Shown piece by piece: positions 1-10,370 of a stretch of 61,423 nucleotides of DNA. Position 1 is the first letter of the stretch. Every line of letters begins with the position of its first letter. The stretch lies in NCBI RefSeq assembly GCF_001194135.2, contig NC_068995.1, positions 52,962,456 through 53,023,878 on the forward strand, written 5' to 3'. Source of the stretch: Octopus bimaculoides (Eukaryota). The position numbers and the translations under genes are program-made. The notes under the pieces are model-generated. The model was not told the DNA's origin. It saw only the letters and a program-made list of their open reading frames with translations, and did no database searches.

Positions 1-43
1 TGGATGCGACAGAATCCCTTTGTATGAACTAAAAATGAGTAAA

Positions 44-388
44 AGGGTAAGGGTAAAGACCCCTTTCAGTTATCAGTGACCATGGGATTGCACCCGGAAA
101 GTTCCCCTCCGAGGTACATGTCCGGACAAGGTTGTTTCTGGAAGACCAGCAGTCGACCATGCCACCGATGTTATCTCGATGCCACTGATGTTATCCAAGG
201 GAAAAGCAAAGGGGCCGATAAAGCTTGGCACTTGTGACGTCACAACTCATTTCTACAGCTGAGTGAACTGAAGCAATGTGAAATAAAGTGTCTTGCCCAA
301 GAACACAACACAGCCTGGTCCGGGGATCGAACTCACTACATCATGATTGTGAGCCCGACGTTCTAACCATTGAACGATGTGCCTTCAC
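44..388 (-). mobile_element. tRNA-derived SINE (family D: tRNA head + CORE-like central domain)
   Basis: Reverse complement reads GTGAAGGCACATCGTTCAATGGTTAGAACGTCGGGCTCACAATCATGATGTAGTGAGTTCGATCCCCGG (A-box and B-box like), then TGTTCTTGGGCAAGACACTTTATTTCAC...CAGCTGTAGAAATGAGTTG. Head and core recur at 17255-17400. Confidence 0.8.
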
Positions 389-533
389 AACTAGAAATAA
401 CAATTAAAATATCCCCAGACCACATGCAGACCCCACGATCTTAAGGTAGGAAACAAAACAGTCCCAGATGATACATTGCTTGTAAAAACAAACGAAAAAC
501 GAGGAGGTCACGGCTGGAACATATTTTATGATC

Positions 534-761
534 GGTGAACTGGCAGAAACGTTAGCACGCCGGGCGAAATGCTTAGCGGTATTTCGTCTGCCACTGCGTT
601 CTGAGTTCAAATTCCGCCGAGGTCGACTTTGCCTTTCATCCTTTCGGGGTCGATAAATTAAGTACCAGTTACGCACTGGGGTCGATATAATCGACTTAAT
701 CCGTTTGTCTGTCCTTGTTTGTCCCCTCTGTATGTAGCCCCTTGTGGGCAGTAAAGAAATA
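534..761 (+). mobile_element. SINE family A, full length, tail variant 1
   Basis: GGTGAACTGGCAGAAACGTTAGCACGCCGGGCGAAATGCTTAGCGG...GAGTTCAAATTCCGCCGAGGTCGACTTTGCCTTTCATCCTTTCGGGGTCGATAAATTAAGTACCAG. More than 12 related copies are visible in this window. Confidence 0.9.
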
Positions 762-1292
762 GGTTAGGGTTGAATCAGCTCTGACCAAGGTTTTAGCAAC
801 AATAACATGTAACGGATGTGACTCCATCTATTCATTTCATTACAAATGTAGTCCGCCACCCACAACCTTCAATGTAGTTAGGTGACTATGCAAATCTAGG
901 AGTCGATTCTGATTACGGATTTCCCAATTAAATGTAATGACTGGTATTTAACATTCCGTCCCACATTAAACTAATTCCACATAGCTATCGACCGCCTCCA
1001 TCTCCAGCACACCTCCACCGACTAGCACCAAAAACTCTTCTAAATTGGTCTCATTTGCGAGTGGTGTTTATGTTACTAAAAGCAGGCAAACAGAAGCAAA
1101 AACATGAGAGGCACGGGAAGGGGGGAGGAGGAAGAGAGAGAGAGAGACAGGGTGAGTGAGAGAAAGAGGAGAGAGGGAGTTGTTTAACTCCAGGTCAAAC
1201 CTGACTATGTTCTTTTTAAATATATACCACCCATGACCATCCAGAAGAGAGCGAATAAAAATAGAGCTAGTGCACACATTATATATATGTAT

Positions 1293-1338
<46 letters not shown>

Positions 1339-1468
1339 TTATATATATATACATATATGTATATATGTACGTGTATGTATATGTATGTATGTATGTATGT
1401 ATGTATATTGCATTACATTGCATTGGTGGTATTCTTAAAAATAATTCTCTGATTAGATACATATATAA

Positions 1469-1660
1469 GCGCAGGCGTGGCTCTGTGGTAACATGTTTCT
1501 TTCTCAACCACATGGTTCCGATTTCAGTCCCACCGTGGGTCAACTTAGGCAAGTGTCATCTACTATAGCCTCGGGTCGACCAAAGCCGTTTGTGTGGATA
1601 TTGTAGGTGGAAACTGAAAGACGCCTGTCATAAATGTGTGTGTGTGTGTGTATGTGTGTG
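1469..1660 (+). mobile_element. SINE family B (tRNA head + CORE-like TTGGGCAAGTGTC), 3' truncated
   Basis: GCGCAGGCGTGGCTCTGTGGTAAC...CACATGGTTCCGATTTCAGTCCCACCGTGGGTCAACTTAGGCAAGTGTCATCTACTATAGCC. Matches the copies at 36001, 32660 and 45035. Confidence 0.85.
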
Positions 1661-2819
1661 TACCGCTCATACTATTCTACCTTGACTTGCACGCTGCATC
1701 CTTACATGCCACCCTCTTCGAGCTTCGATCCATTTCGTTATAGACCTTACTACTAATATGAAAATAATTACAAAAAATATTTTGAACTCATAAATTAATG
1801 ATATTTTCAAGAATTCTAATTTTTTTTTATAAACACGGAAACGTCAATTATCTAAATATATCTGCTAACATTATCATTTCGCAATTTCCTTTGGGAAATA
1901 TTCCAACTGACTTGTTGCGGAGACAAAAATTGTCTCTTAACAGGTTTTTCAATCTGATATATGATGAAGTTTACAAGTACAACATAAAGATGTGAAACCA
2001 TTGTTGAAATGTAATCAATCATTTGTTTAGAAACAAACTATAGCATCTGTTGTTAAATCAAGTGTTGGCTCTTTTATTCTATTCTCTTGTATTTGGTTGA
2101 CTTAACGCTTCGAATCATAGCAACACCACACTGTCAAAACCACTCATATGTCTAGTCAATATAGTTTAGTACAGTTGAGTGTCCGCACGAAAGCTTTCAG
2201 GCTGAAATCCCAACGTTGTCGACTTTGTTTTTCATTGTTCAGAGGCTGGAAGATGAGCTTCACAAAATAAGGACTAATCAAGAACGTAAAGGGCAAATAT
2301 ATAGATTCTACTGCACCAACACCAGATTTAATGCCTTGGCAACCAAATGCTTTCGAGTTCGGTCTCACTGCGCAGCACCATTCATAAGTGTCTTCTATTA
2401 TAGCCACGGACCCACCAATGCCTTGTAAGGGAATTTGGCTGATGGAATCTGCTTTGCAGTATCTGTTCTGTCTAAGGCGGCGAGATGGCAATTCTTTTTC
2501 TCTACGCTCCATGTCATTATATTGCATTTGTAAAAAGAAATAACCAAAAATCGCGGGTCACATCATCACACGGCACTGTAAACACAATGCTTGTTTTGCA
2601 TTCTAATTTACTTCGGATGTAAATAAATCATTAACTTAAATTTAAAATAAATAACAAAATAAATAAATAAGGAGGGCAAGCTATTTGAAGGCCGAAATGA
2701 AAATGGCTGCCGTGTCTGTTATTTTTGCTAAATTCGACTCTAATTTATCTTAACTGTTATAGATTGTAATTAAAACAAATCTGAAACTTCCCAAATATTT
2801 TCATTAATGTTGTTGTTGC

Positions 2820-2870
<51 letters not shown>

Positions 2871-3234
2871 CATTGAACTGATGTTGGAGTTTAAAAACAT
2901 TGCTAATCAAGAAGACCTTTGAAAAATCGGGTGAAAATTTTTACATTGTAATTAGACATTAATTAAGGAGATGGGTGAAAAGAAAATACCAAATTAATTA
3001 TTTCTTTATTTTTAAGTAGAAGATAAAAAAAAAAAACAGTAGAAGAGAGAATTCGCTTTAAAAAAGCTTTGTATTTTTAGGTTTCCAACTTTTTGTTTTT
3101 TGGTTGGTTGGTTGGTTGGCCGGCTGGTTGTTTTCAGTTGTTGACATAAGTGAAACAGAGGTTATATGTAAGAAAACATAACTTAGCACAAAACGTTACT
3201 GACGCTGTGCTTCAGTGTGAGTGTGTGTGCGTGT

Positions 3235-3272
3235 CTATCTATCTCTCTATCTATCTATCTATCTATCTATCC

Positions 3273-3318
<46 letters not shown>
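3235..3318. repeat. Head-to-head inverted tetranucleotide microsatellite (CTAT)n/(ATAG)n
   Basis: CTAT arm at 3235-3271 is directly followed by its reverse complement, an ATAG arm at 3273-3318. Confidence 0.9.
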
Positions 3319-3319
<1 letters not shown>

Positions 3320-3996
3320 CGCATATGAGTTAAGGCCAAGGATATTTTGATTATTAGGTTAAAGATTAGAGATTGATCTTATTTCGCCACTCTACAGGAG
3401 ATCGCTTGATTGTGTTGACCAGAACACTGATTATAAAACAGCGCAGTAGAGTTTGTGAGCCATTTGAAAAGCCCCGTGGTGGCAATTTCATTTGATTTAT
3501 TTATAGGTTTTTCCATTGGGAAATGTGTTAACATTACAACTCTCCTGTACATGCCTTTGAGCTCTTTGCTACTAATTACGCATTAATAATTAAATGAGAT
3601 AAGGACTGGTTTAACAATTGATTGTACATACACCTGTGGGGGATAATTAAAATCTTAAATACATATATATATATTGTCCAGCGCATAAAGCAGCTTTACG
3701 TAGTTGCTCCACTTGCTAAAAATGGCAGCCAAATCCCCTACGGTCTTAGAAAATGGATAGACGAAATTAAGAAAAGAGGTGATAGTCGTAGCCGGAACGT
3801 TAATTTGATTAAAACAGCTACAAATAAATTAAGGGCTTCATATTTTGTTAAAATTAGCCTTATGATCAATGCTGTTCCTTATATGTTCCTTCCTTCGTAA
3901 TATTAGGCGTATTTAAACCAGTCAAAGAACGTCTTCGTCGGATCGGTTTGCTATCTTAAGATCAAAGGTTCAAGGTAAACCATTAGAGAGAAAGAG

Positions 3997-4068
<72 letters not shown>

Positions 4069-4920
4069 NNNNNNNNNNNNNNNNNNNNNNNNNNNNNNNN
4101 NNNNNNNNNNNNNNNNNNNNNNNNNNNNNNNNNNNNNNNNNNNNNNNNNNNNNNNNNNNNNNTTTCCTTCCATCAGTCCCAAGTTGTTCTGATGATCGAA
4201 GAAGTAGGAATATGTGTGGTAGTGTATCATATACAATGCCTGGAAGTCAGAAAAATATGTCCTGTGTATCTCAAGTGATACACAGGACAGACAAATTATC
4301 AAATCAATATGTCTTACTTTACTTGATTGATAAGAACATAGATAGTAGCTTTGAGCTAGTCTAACACGCCAGAAAATGTTGCTCTTCTCTCTCATTAGTG
4401 TAATACTTTCTAAATTAGAATGAAATATATGTAATATAATGCTTTGATTTGTGAATGAATTAAAGAAAACAGCAATTTAAATTCGGTGAAAGGACGGCGA
4501 AAAGATAGAAAAGTAGGGCGTCAAATAAAATGTCTGTTTTGAGTTTTGTCTCTTAATATTCTGCTGTCAAACCCCGACAGAATTTACTCTCTTTCATCTT
4601 CTCGAATGGCAAAAATCAATGATTGATAAAGTAAGTATCAGAGCGTGTGATGTAAGGAGTTCTATCGATTATAATCCTTTCACCAAAGTGAGAAATCAAA
4701 TTGGACTAAAAACACTGTATATAGGAAATTATTAAAATTTTATTATTATTATTATTATTGTTGTTGTCTGACTTCTCAGAACTTTCGGTCTTACTTGCTG
4801 CTTGAATTAGTGTCAGCAACCTGTCGTCAGAGATCTCACAGAGGCTCTTGAATGTTAACTTATCGTGAGAGCAGCACACGCCATCAAAGTGACACTGGGG
4901 TACGAATACACAAGTAAATA

Positions 4921-5084
4921 TATGTGTGTGTGTGTACGGCGTTTCTGTCTACCAAATCCACTCACAAGGCTTTGGTTTGGCTCGGAACTATAGTAAAAGA
5001 CACCCATGGTGCCACCCAGGAGAACTGAACCCAAAACTAAGTGGTTGAGAAGAAAACTTCTTACCATACAGCCATGTTTGTGCC
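4921..5084 (-). mobile_element. SINE family B head
   Basis: TTTCTGTCTACCAAATCCACTCACAAGGCTTTGG...CTATAGTAAAAGACACCCATGGTGCC...CTTCTTACCATACAGCCATG is the reverse complement of the family B head. Confidence 0.85.
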
Positions 5085-5574
5085 TATTTCTAGATTTTCA
5101 TTTAATTGACTTCCATTTTATATTGCTATACGTAAAGGAAAAAAAAAACCCGGTGATCTTATCTTAAAAACATCGCAATGACTCCAACAAAACTTCCGTA
5201 TGGACTGTTGGTGGTTAATGTGGACTACGTTATAAATAACTGGCTAAAACTACCGAATCTACCACATTTGACACTATGAATAGGAAAAAAATAATAATTA
5301 AAAAGAACGTTGTCAAAAATAGTTCTTCAGAAAACTCGAAGGAGGTATGAGGAGATGATTTTGAGGGGAAAATATTGGTAAAATCAAAATAAGCAAATGT
5401 CAAAATTCTTGATGAGTGAATCTATTAATTTCCAAACAGATTTTCAAGAGAAAATCTGAGTAAAGCAAATGCAGAAAACAAGTCGAAATTAATTGAAGAT
5501 ATTTTTGCAAAGTAAAATGTCTATGTTTCTTCCTTTTTATTTCAGTTTTGTTTTGTAATTTTGTTTCAGGCCTA

Positions 5575-5592
5575 CCCTAACCCTAACCCTAA
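5575..5592. repeat. Short telomere-type tract (CCCTAA)3
   Basis: CCCTAACCCTAACCCTAA seen directly. Confidence 0.7.
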
Positions 5593-5672
5593 GTTCATTC
5601 ATTTTACAGCTGAAGAATGTTCTGCTGGTTGTTGTTGTTGTTGCTGCTGTTATCGCCGTTACTGTTGTTCAT

Positions 5673-5830
5673 ACAGTTCTATATTTAAGAGGTGAGGAAT
5701 TATGTACATTATTTACATTTGACGGATATTTGTCCTCATCTTGTTTGTTGTTAACACAACGTTTCGGCTGACATCCCCTCCAGCCTTCATCAGGTGTCTT
5801 GGGGAAATTTCGAATCTGAGTTCTCATTTG
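5673..5830 (-). mobile_element. Short dispersed repeat resembling a Penelope-like element terminus (hammerhead-bearing, family H1)
   Basis: Minus strand AATGAGAACTCAGATTCGAAATTTCCCCAAGACACCTGATGAAGGCTGGAGGGGATGTCAGCCGAAACGTTGTGTTAAC...AAATATAGAAC. The CCTGATGAAGGC...GCCGAAACGT signature is characteristic of PLE terminal repeats. Confidence 0.65.
5753..5798 (-). ncRNA. Minimal type-I hammerhead ribozyme motif, core intact
   Basis: Minus strand: GACAC (stem I), CTGATGA, A, GGCTG, GAGGGGATGT loop, CAGCC (5-bp stem II), GAAAC, GTT (cleavage triplet), GTGTT (pairs with GACAC, one G-U). Stem III is the loop-less palindrome ACGT. Confidence 0.75.
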
Positions 5831-5860
5831 CAAAATGTGGCAACACTGTTAGCTTTCTTT

Positions 5861-6210
5861 TTCAACCCAGCCATCTTCTCTGACCATTATTCCTGGATAA
5901 GTTTGGGAACAGACTCCTCAGGCAATTCCTCCTAGGATCCTATCAGATACAACCGTTTTTAGACTTTCCAGGTGGATTTACAAGCGTGGCAATCTGTGAC
6001 TATTGATATTATCCAACCATCTTGAGCTTGGTGTCCCTCTCGGTCCCTTGCCGGTCGGTTCGGCTTGAAGAGCTCATCTTGTGATCCCTTCTTGCGACAT
6101 TCTAATCGTACGTCCGTTGTAATCCGGAGCTGTGACGTCTCGATGGGCAGAAGTAACAATCCGACGTCCCTGATATCCGAGCTACGCACCCTGTCGAGTA
6201 ACGATACTCC
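5861..6210 (-). mobile_element. Decayed RTE-clade LINE, 3' end of reverse transcriptase ORF
   Basis: Manual translation with one frameshift: GVSLLDRVRSSDIRDVGLLLLPIETSQLR / YYNGRTIRMSQEGITR*ALQAEPTGKGPRGTPSSRWLDNINSHRLPRL*IHLESLKTVVSDR. This matches the known RTE C-terminal pattern DRVRS.DIR...LLL.IE.SQLRW.GHV.RM...R.P...L......GKRPRGRP..RW.D. Confidence 0.8.
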
Positions 6211-6884
6211 AGAGATTCATTGAAAGAACCCCATTTTGGCCGCTTCTATTTGCAATCGTACCCTTTCGGTCGTTACCCGATAGTTTCATTTTATTACATG
6301 TAAATTCAATGAAACGGCGTTGGATTGACTGAAAAGTTAGAGCACTGCATTAAATGTTTTATACTCTGAATACAGAAAATATGAAAAGCAACAAAAAATA
6401 AATAATAAAAAGAGAAAATTGTGGAGGCTTTAAAAAAATAGTTCATAGTAGTTTTCTGCGATAGAAATCAAACGAGACACGAGAAGATGGAGGGAAAATA
6501 TTGGTAAGATCAAAATAAGAAAATGTCAAAACACTTGAGTATGGAAATCATAAATTTCAAAACCAAATAAAATAGATTTTCTCCTAAAATCTATTTGAGA
6601 AAAGCAAATGTAGAAAACAACTTGATAAAAATCGAAAACAACTTGATAAAAATCGAAATAAAAGTGGGTGTATGCAGGTCGTTTTATAATTTTTTTTCTC
6701 TCTCTCTCTCTCTCCTGGATCCCTTTCTTAAAACTTATTGCCGATGGCTTGTCAGTTAACAAAATCAAATTAACATTTCTTGGGAATGTTACCTTAAATA
6801 AAAGCAGATCACAACTATTAAATCTAATCTAATTCTCTCACTATCGCTTGAAATCTACACTACTTGTTTCTGTGGTTGTTGTTA

Positions 6885-7060
6885 TCGGTGAAATCCTGAT
6901 CGAACTGATCTATGATCGAAAGCGTTCCAGCTGTGACCATCCCATCTTTTTAAGGGTATGTTGGATTGGATTACATAACGTGTTCTTTTCTTAAGGGTCA
7001 GGGTAATATCTGGGGGTATTTGGATGCAATTCTAGCATGTAGAGCACCTAGAGAAAGGTT
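6885..7060 (-). mobile_element. Dispersed SINE-like repeat (family E), 3' part
   Basis: CTGATCTATGATCGAAAGCGTTCCAGCTGTGACCATCCC...GGGGGTATTTGGATGCAATTCTAGCA is the reverse complement of the element at 9170-9365. Fragments also occur near 21420, 30510, 42720, 43845, 45975, 48110 and 57760. Confidence 0.6.
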
Positions 7061-8948
7061 TTCTCTTTGACTCCAATCTTATAACATAAAGCAGGCTACA
7101 AACTGCGAAGTAAAAATGGCTACTTCTGTCTACAGCACTACTACTACTACTACTACTCTTTATCAGTTGTTAAAAACACATCGATCTCCTCCTCTCAGTG
7201 ATTTTGTTTACATAAAGGGTTTTGGTGACGTCAGATCCTTCCAATCTTTGAAATAGTATTCTTTCACCCCAAACATTTCCAAATCGCAACGTCTCCTTCG
7301 CAAAATTAAGAGGACAAAAATCGATGAAACAAATGATGTGAATCTATTTATTACACATGGTTGACCGGATTAACGAAGGTTTTGTTGGATCAAAACTTCT
7401 CTCGTTTCATCTCACGTCAAAATTACCGAGATAAAAATACTCGCAAGGAAATTATATAATGTTGTATGTTATATAATATTCATTTCTATAAACAGAAATG
7501 TCGAAATGATATTCTCTTTAAGCTTTGAAGAAGATTTAAGAAGTAGTTCTCGGATTAAATTATTTAACAATACAACAGTCGAGGAGATGAATAGGATAAA
7601 TCGATTATCATCAAGCTGACTGACCGATTTCTGTTTTATCTTCAGCAGATAAACAAAAATGTTTCGGAAGCCAGTAGAACTCCACTGACGCTGTCATTTG
7701 TTGCTAAACTCGATCGATTTACCTCCGCCATTCATGTTTGCACTAACGCTCCATTGATTTTTTCCCGGGGCCAGAAATCAATAAAACTTGAGAGCAAACG
7801 ATGCAGACCTGATTTCAAGAATAGGTAAGACATAAAGGAATACCTGCTGTTCAGAATTATTCAGTTACCGATCCAGAAAAGGAGCGTCTGAGCGGTCGCT
7901 CTTTCTGCAAGAAAAAGCAGCTAAACCGCCTTCACACTATACACTGTTGTTTTACAAAAGAAAGGACACGCATGTTGGATAACAGTCCTAGAAAGACTGC
8001 CTGAGAAAAAAAAAAAAAAAGAAACGAAACGATCGCAATTGGAATGTCTTTCAGTATAAGTCTTTTGGATCAGCTCTGGCTTGGAATTAAGCAACGAGAG
8101 CAGCAATTATTTGACTGACATCTGAGAGAAGATTCCTTAAAAGGAATTATAGAAGGCTGTGACACAGTTTTATCAGCCGATCGCATCCAGCTCTACCATG
8201 TTTTTATTAAGGATGCTGTGTGTATGCAAAAGAATTGTTTCGCCCATGAAGTTTTGCTATATTTTTGTTATTCATTTTTGTCTAAACTAATCACTAATTG
8301 AACTAATCTTTTTTTTCATATATAGAGAAAAATGTCTGATCGATCTGTGAAGTAAAAAACGGGTCGAGCACGGACGTGACTGGCCGAGAGAGTTTTACCT
8401 CCGCCCGCTTACTACTTTTACCTAGACAGAAACTATCGATTGTAGAAGCACGTATGCATACGAAGTTTCATTGAGACCTACACAAAAGATGGCGGACTGA
8501 GAGCATGTGACGTTCATACGTCGATAATGTCCTTGAGAATAGTAAGGTAGTAGATAAAACTAAAATGGCTTTAAAGGAAAAAATAATGGAAAGCAAATTA
8601 TGGATTCGATTCGCCGAAAGCTTCATTTGTTTTCTAGGCCATTCACTTGTCTTCCATTCACTTAATGATAGCATGCTGATAACATGTTGATAACAGGTTG
8701 ATAGCGTGTTATACAGAACTGGCGGGAAGTGGTTAGAGGCGGATAATTGAGGTGGAGGGAGGAATTGCGAACTACAAAGATATACGAGTATGATGGTGGT
8801 GATGTTGATGATGATGAGGATAATGATGGTGGTGTTGGTGGAGGAAGTTTTTTCTGATGGTGGTGATGGTTATAATCATCGTTATGCACACCGTTACTCC
8901 CTCTGCTACCCTCATTGAGTATGACCATGTTGATGGTGGTGGTAGTGG

Positions 8949-8989
<41 letters not shown>

Positions 8990-9169
8990 ACTGTTATTAG
9001 TATCATTCTCATCGTTATCCTCACGCCACTATTGCCATCAATATCGTCCCCCATCATTTTGATTTTGATGCTGTTCAGTATCATGATTTCCGTCATTACC
9101 AACATCCACCATTATCATCACAACCCCCACCACTATCACCACCCCCACCACGAGGATGCATTCACGTGG

Positions 9170-9365
9170 TAGCTTCACTAGGGCTAAACAGAAGCTAAAT
9201 CTCCCTCGGATCACAAATCACATCCAGCTTTGTTAGAAAGGACACCGTTAAATAACGTGGTTACGGGGTCCCCAGTACGTAGTGGAAATAACAGGATCGT
9301 CATGGCTAGAATGTCTTTGATCATGGACCGGCTTGATCAGAGCTGACCTGGGGATTGAACTACTA
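9170..9365 (+). mobile_element. Dispersed SINE-like repeat (family E)
   Basis: GAAGCTAAATCTCCCTCGGATCAC...CATGGCTAGAATGTCTTTGATCATGGACCGGCTTGATCAGAGCTGACCTGGGG followed by a short (CTA) tail. Confidence 0.6.
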
Positions 9366-9436
9366 CTGCTTTCCACCACACTGTAACATACACTACATTA
9401 CTACACTACCTCATACTTTATTAATCTACTAACAAA

Positions 9437-9815
9437 GGTGGAGGTGCAATGGCCCGTTGGTTAGGGCAGCGGACTCGAGGTCGTGGGATCTCGGTTTCGA
9501 TTCCCAGATCGGGCATTGTGAGTGTTTATTGAGCGAAAACACCTAAAGCTCCACGAGGCTCCGGCAGGGGATGGTGGCGAACCCTACTGTACTCTTTCAC
9601 CACAACTTTCTCTCACTCTTTCTTCCTGTTTCTGTTGCACCTGTATTTCAAAGGGCCAGCCTTGTCACACATCGTGTTACACTGAATCTCCCCGAGAACT
9701 ACGTTAAGGGTACACGTGTCTGTGGAGTGCTCAGCCACTTGCACGTTAATTTCACGAGTAGACTGTTCCGTTGATCGGATCAACTGGAACCCTCGACGTC
9801 GCAACCGACGGAGTG
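9437..9815 (+). mobile_element. tRNA-derived SINE (family C), near full length
   Basis: A-box-like TGGCCCGTTGGTTAGGGCAGCGG and B-box-like GGTTTCGATTCCC. The 3' end GATCGGATCAACTGGAACCCTCGACGTCGCAACCGACGGAGTG recurs at 55970-56040 and, in part, at 17400-17430. Confidence 0.85.
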
Positions 9816-9936
9816 TTTTGCCACTAACAAACACTGCTGCTTACATTATACTATGTCATAGACTAAGATACAGTTATTACTACAATGTATCAAAGTTATG
9901 ACGTCTTAATAATTTACCTTCCTCCCCCCTCACCCA

Positions 9937-9983
<47 letters not shown>

Positions 9984-10029
9984 CTCTTTGTTTCTTCTAT
10001 TTCATTAAACAATTTACAACAGAATTAAC

Positions 10030-10370
10030 AAGCACAACAGCAACAATAGTAGTAGTAGTAGTAGTCGTAGCAGTAGTAGCAGCAGCAGCGGCAGCGTTAG
10101 CAGTGCTTCTGGTTGTAGTAGTAGCAACAGCAGCATCAGTAGTAGCTGCAGCAATAATAATAGTAGCAATAGTAGTAGTAGTAGTAGCAGCAGCAGTAAT
10201 AATAGTAGTAGCAATAGTAGTAGCAATAGTAGTAGTAGCCTCAGCAGTAATAATAGTAGCAATAGTAGTAGTAACAGCAGCAGTAATAATAGTAGCAATA
10301 GTAGTAGTAGTAGTAAAAGCAGCAGTAATAATAGTAGCAATAGTAGTAGTAGTAGTAGCAGCAGCTGCAT
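10030..10370. repeat. Compound (GCA/GTA/ATA) trinucleotide tract with higher-order unit
   Basis: Unit GCAGCAGTAATAATAGTAGCAATAGTA(GTA)n repeated about 5-6 times. Confidence 0.9.

Noticed and set aside
404-676. ORF MRNWYLIYRPRKDERQSRPRRNLNSE and its look-alikes at 26392 and 46555
   Set aside because: Antisense translation of SINE family A. The recurrence reflects the repeat, not a gene family.
2156-2527. ORFs 2156-2527 (-) and 2216-2428 (+) as possible exons
   Set aside because: 2340-2425 is a decayed SINE B head on the minus strand (ATAGAAGACACTTATGAATGGTGCTGCGCAGTGAGACCGAACTCG), and the flanks contain SINE A remnants.
9437-9515. tRNA-like segments here and at 300-388, 17260-17320 and 36001-36070 as tRNA genes
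   Set aside because: They have A/B boxes but no complete acceptor stem, and each continues into a SINE body. They are SINE heads.
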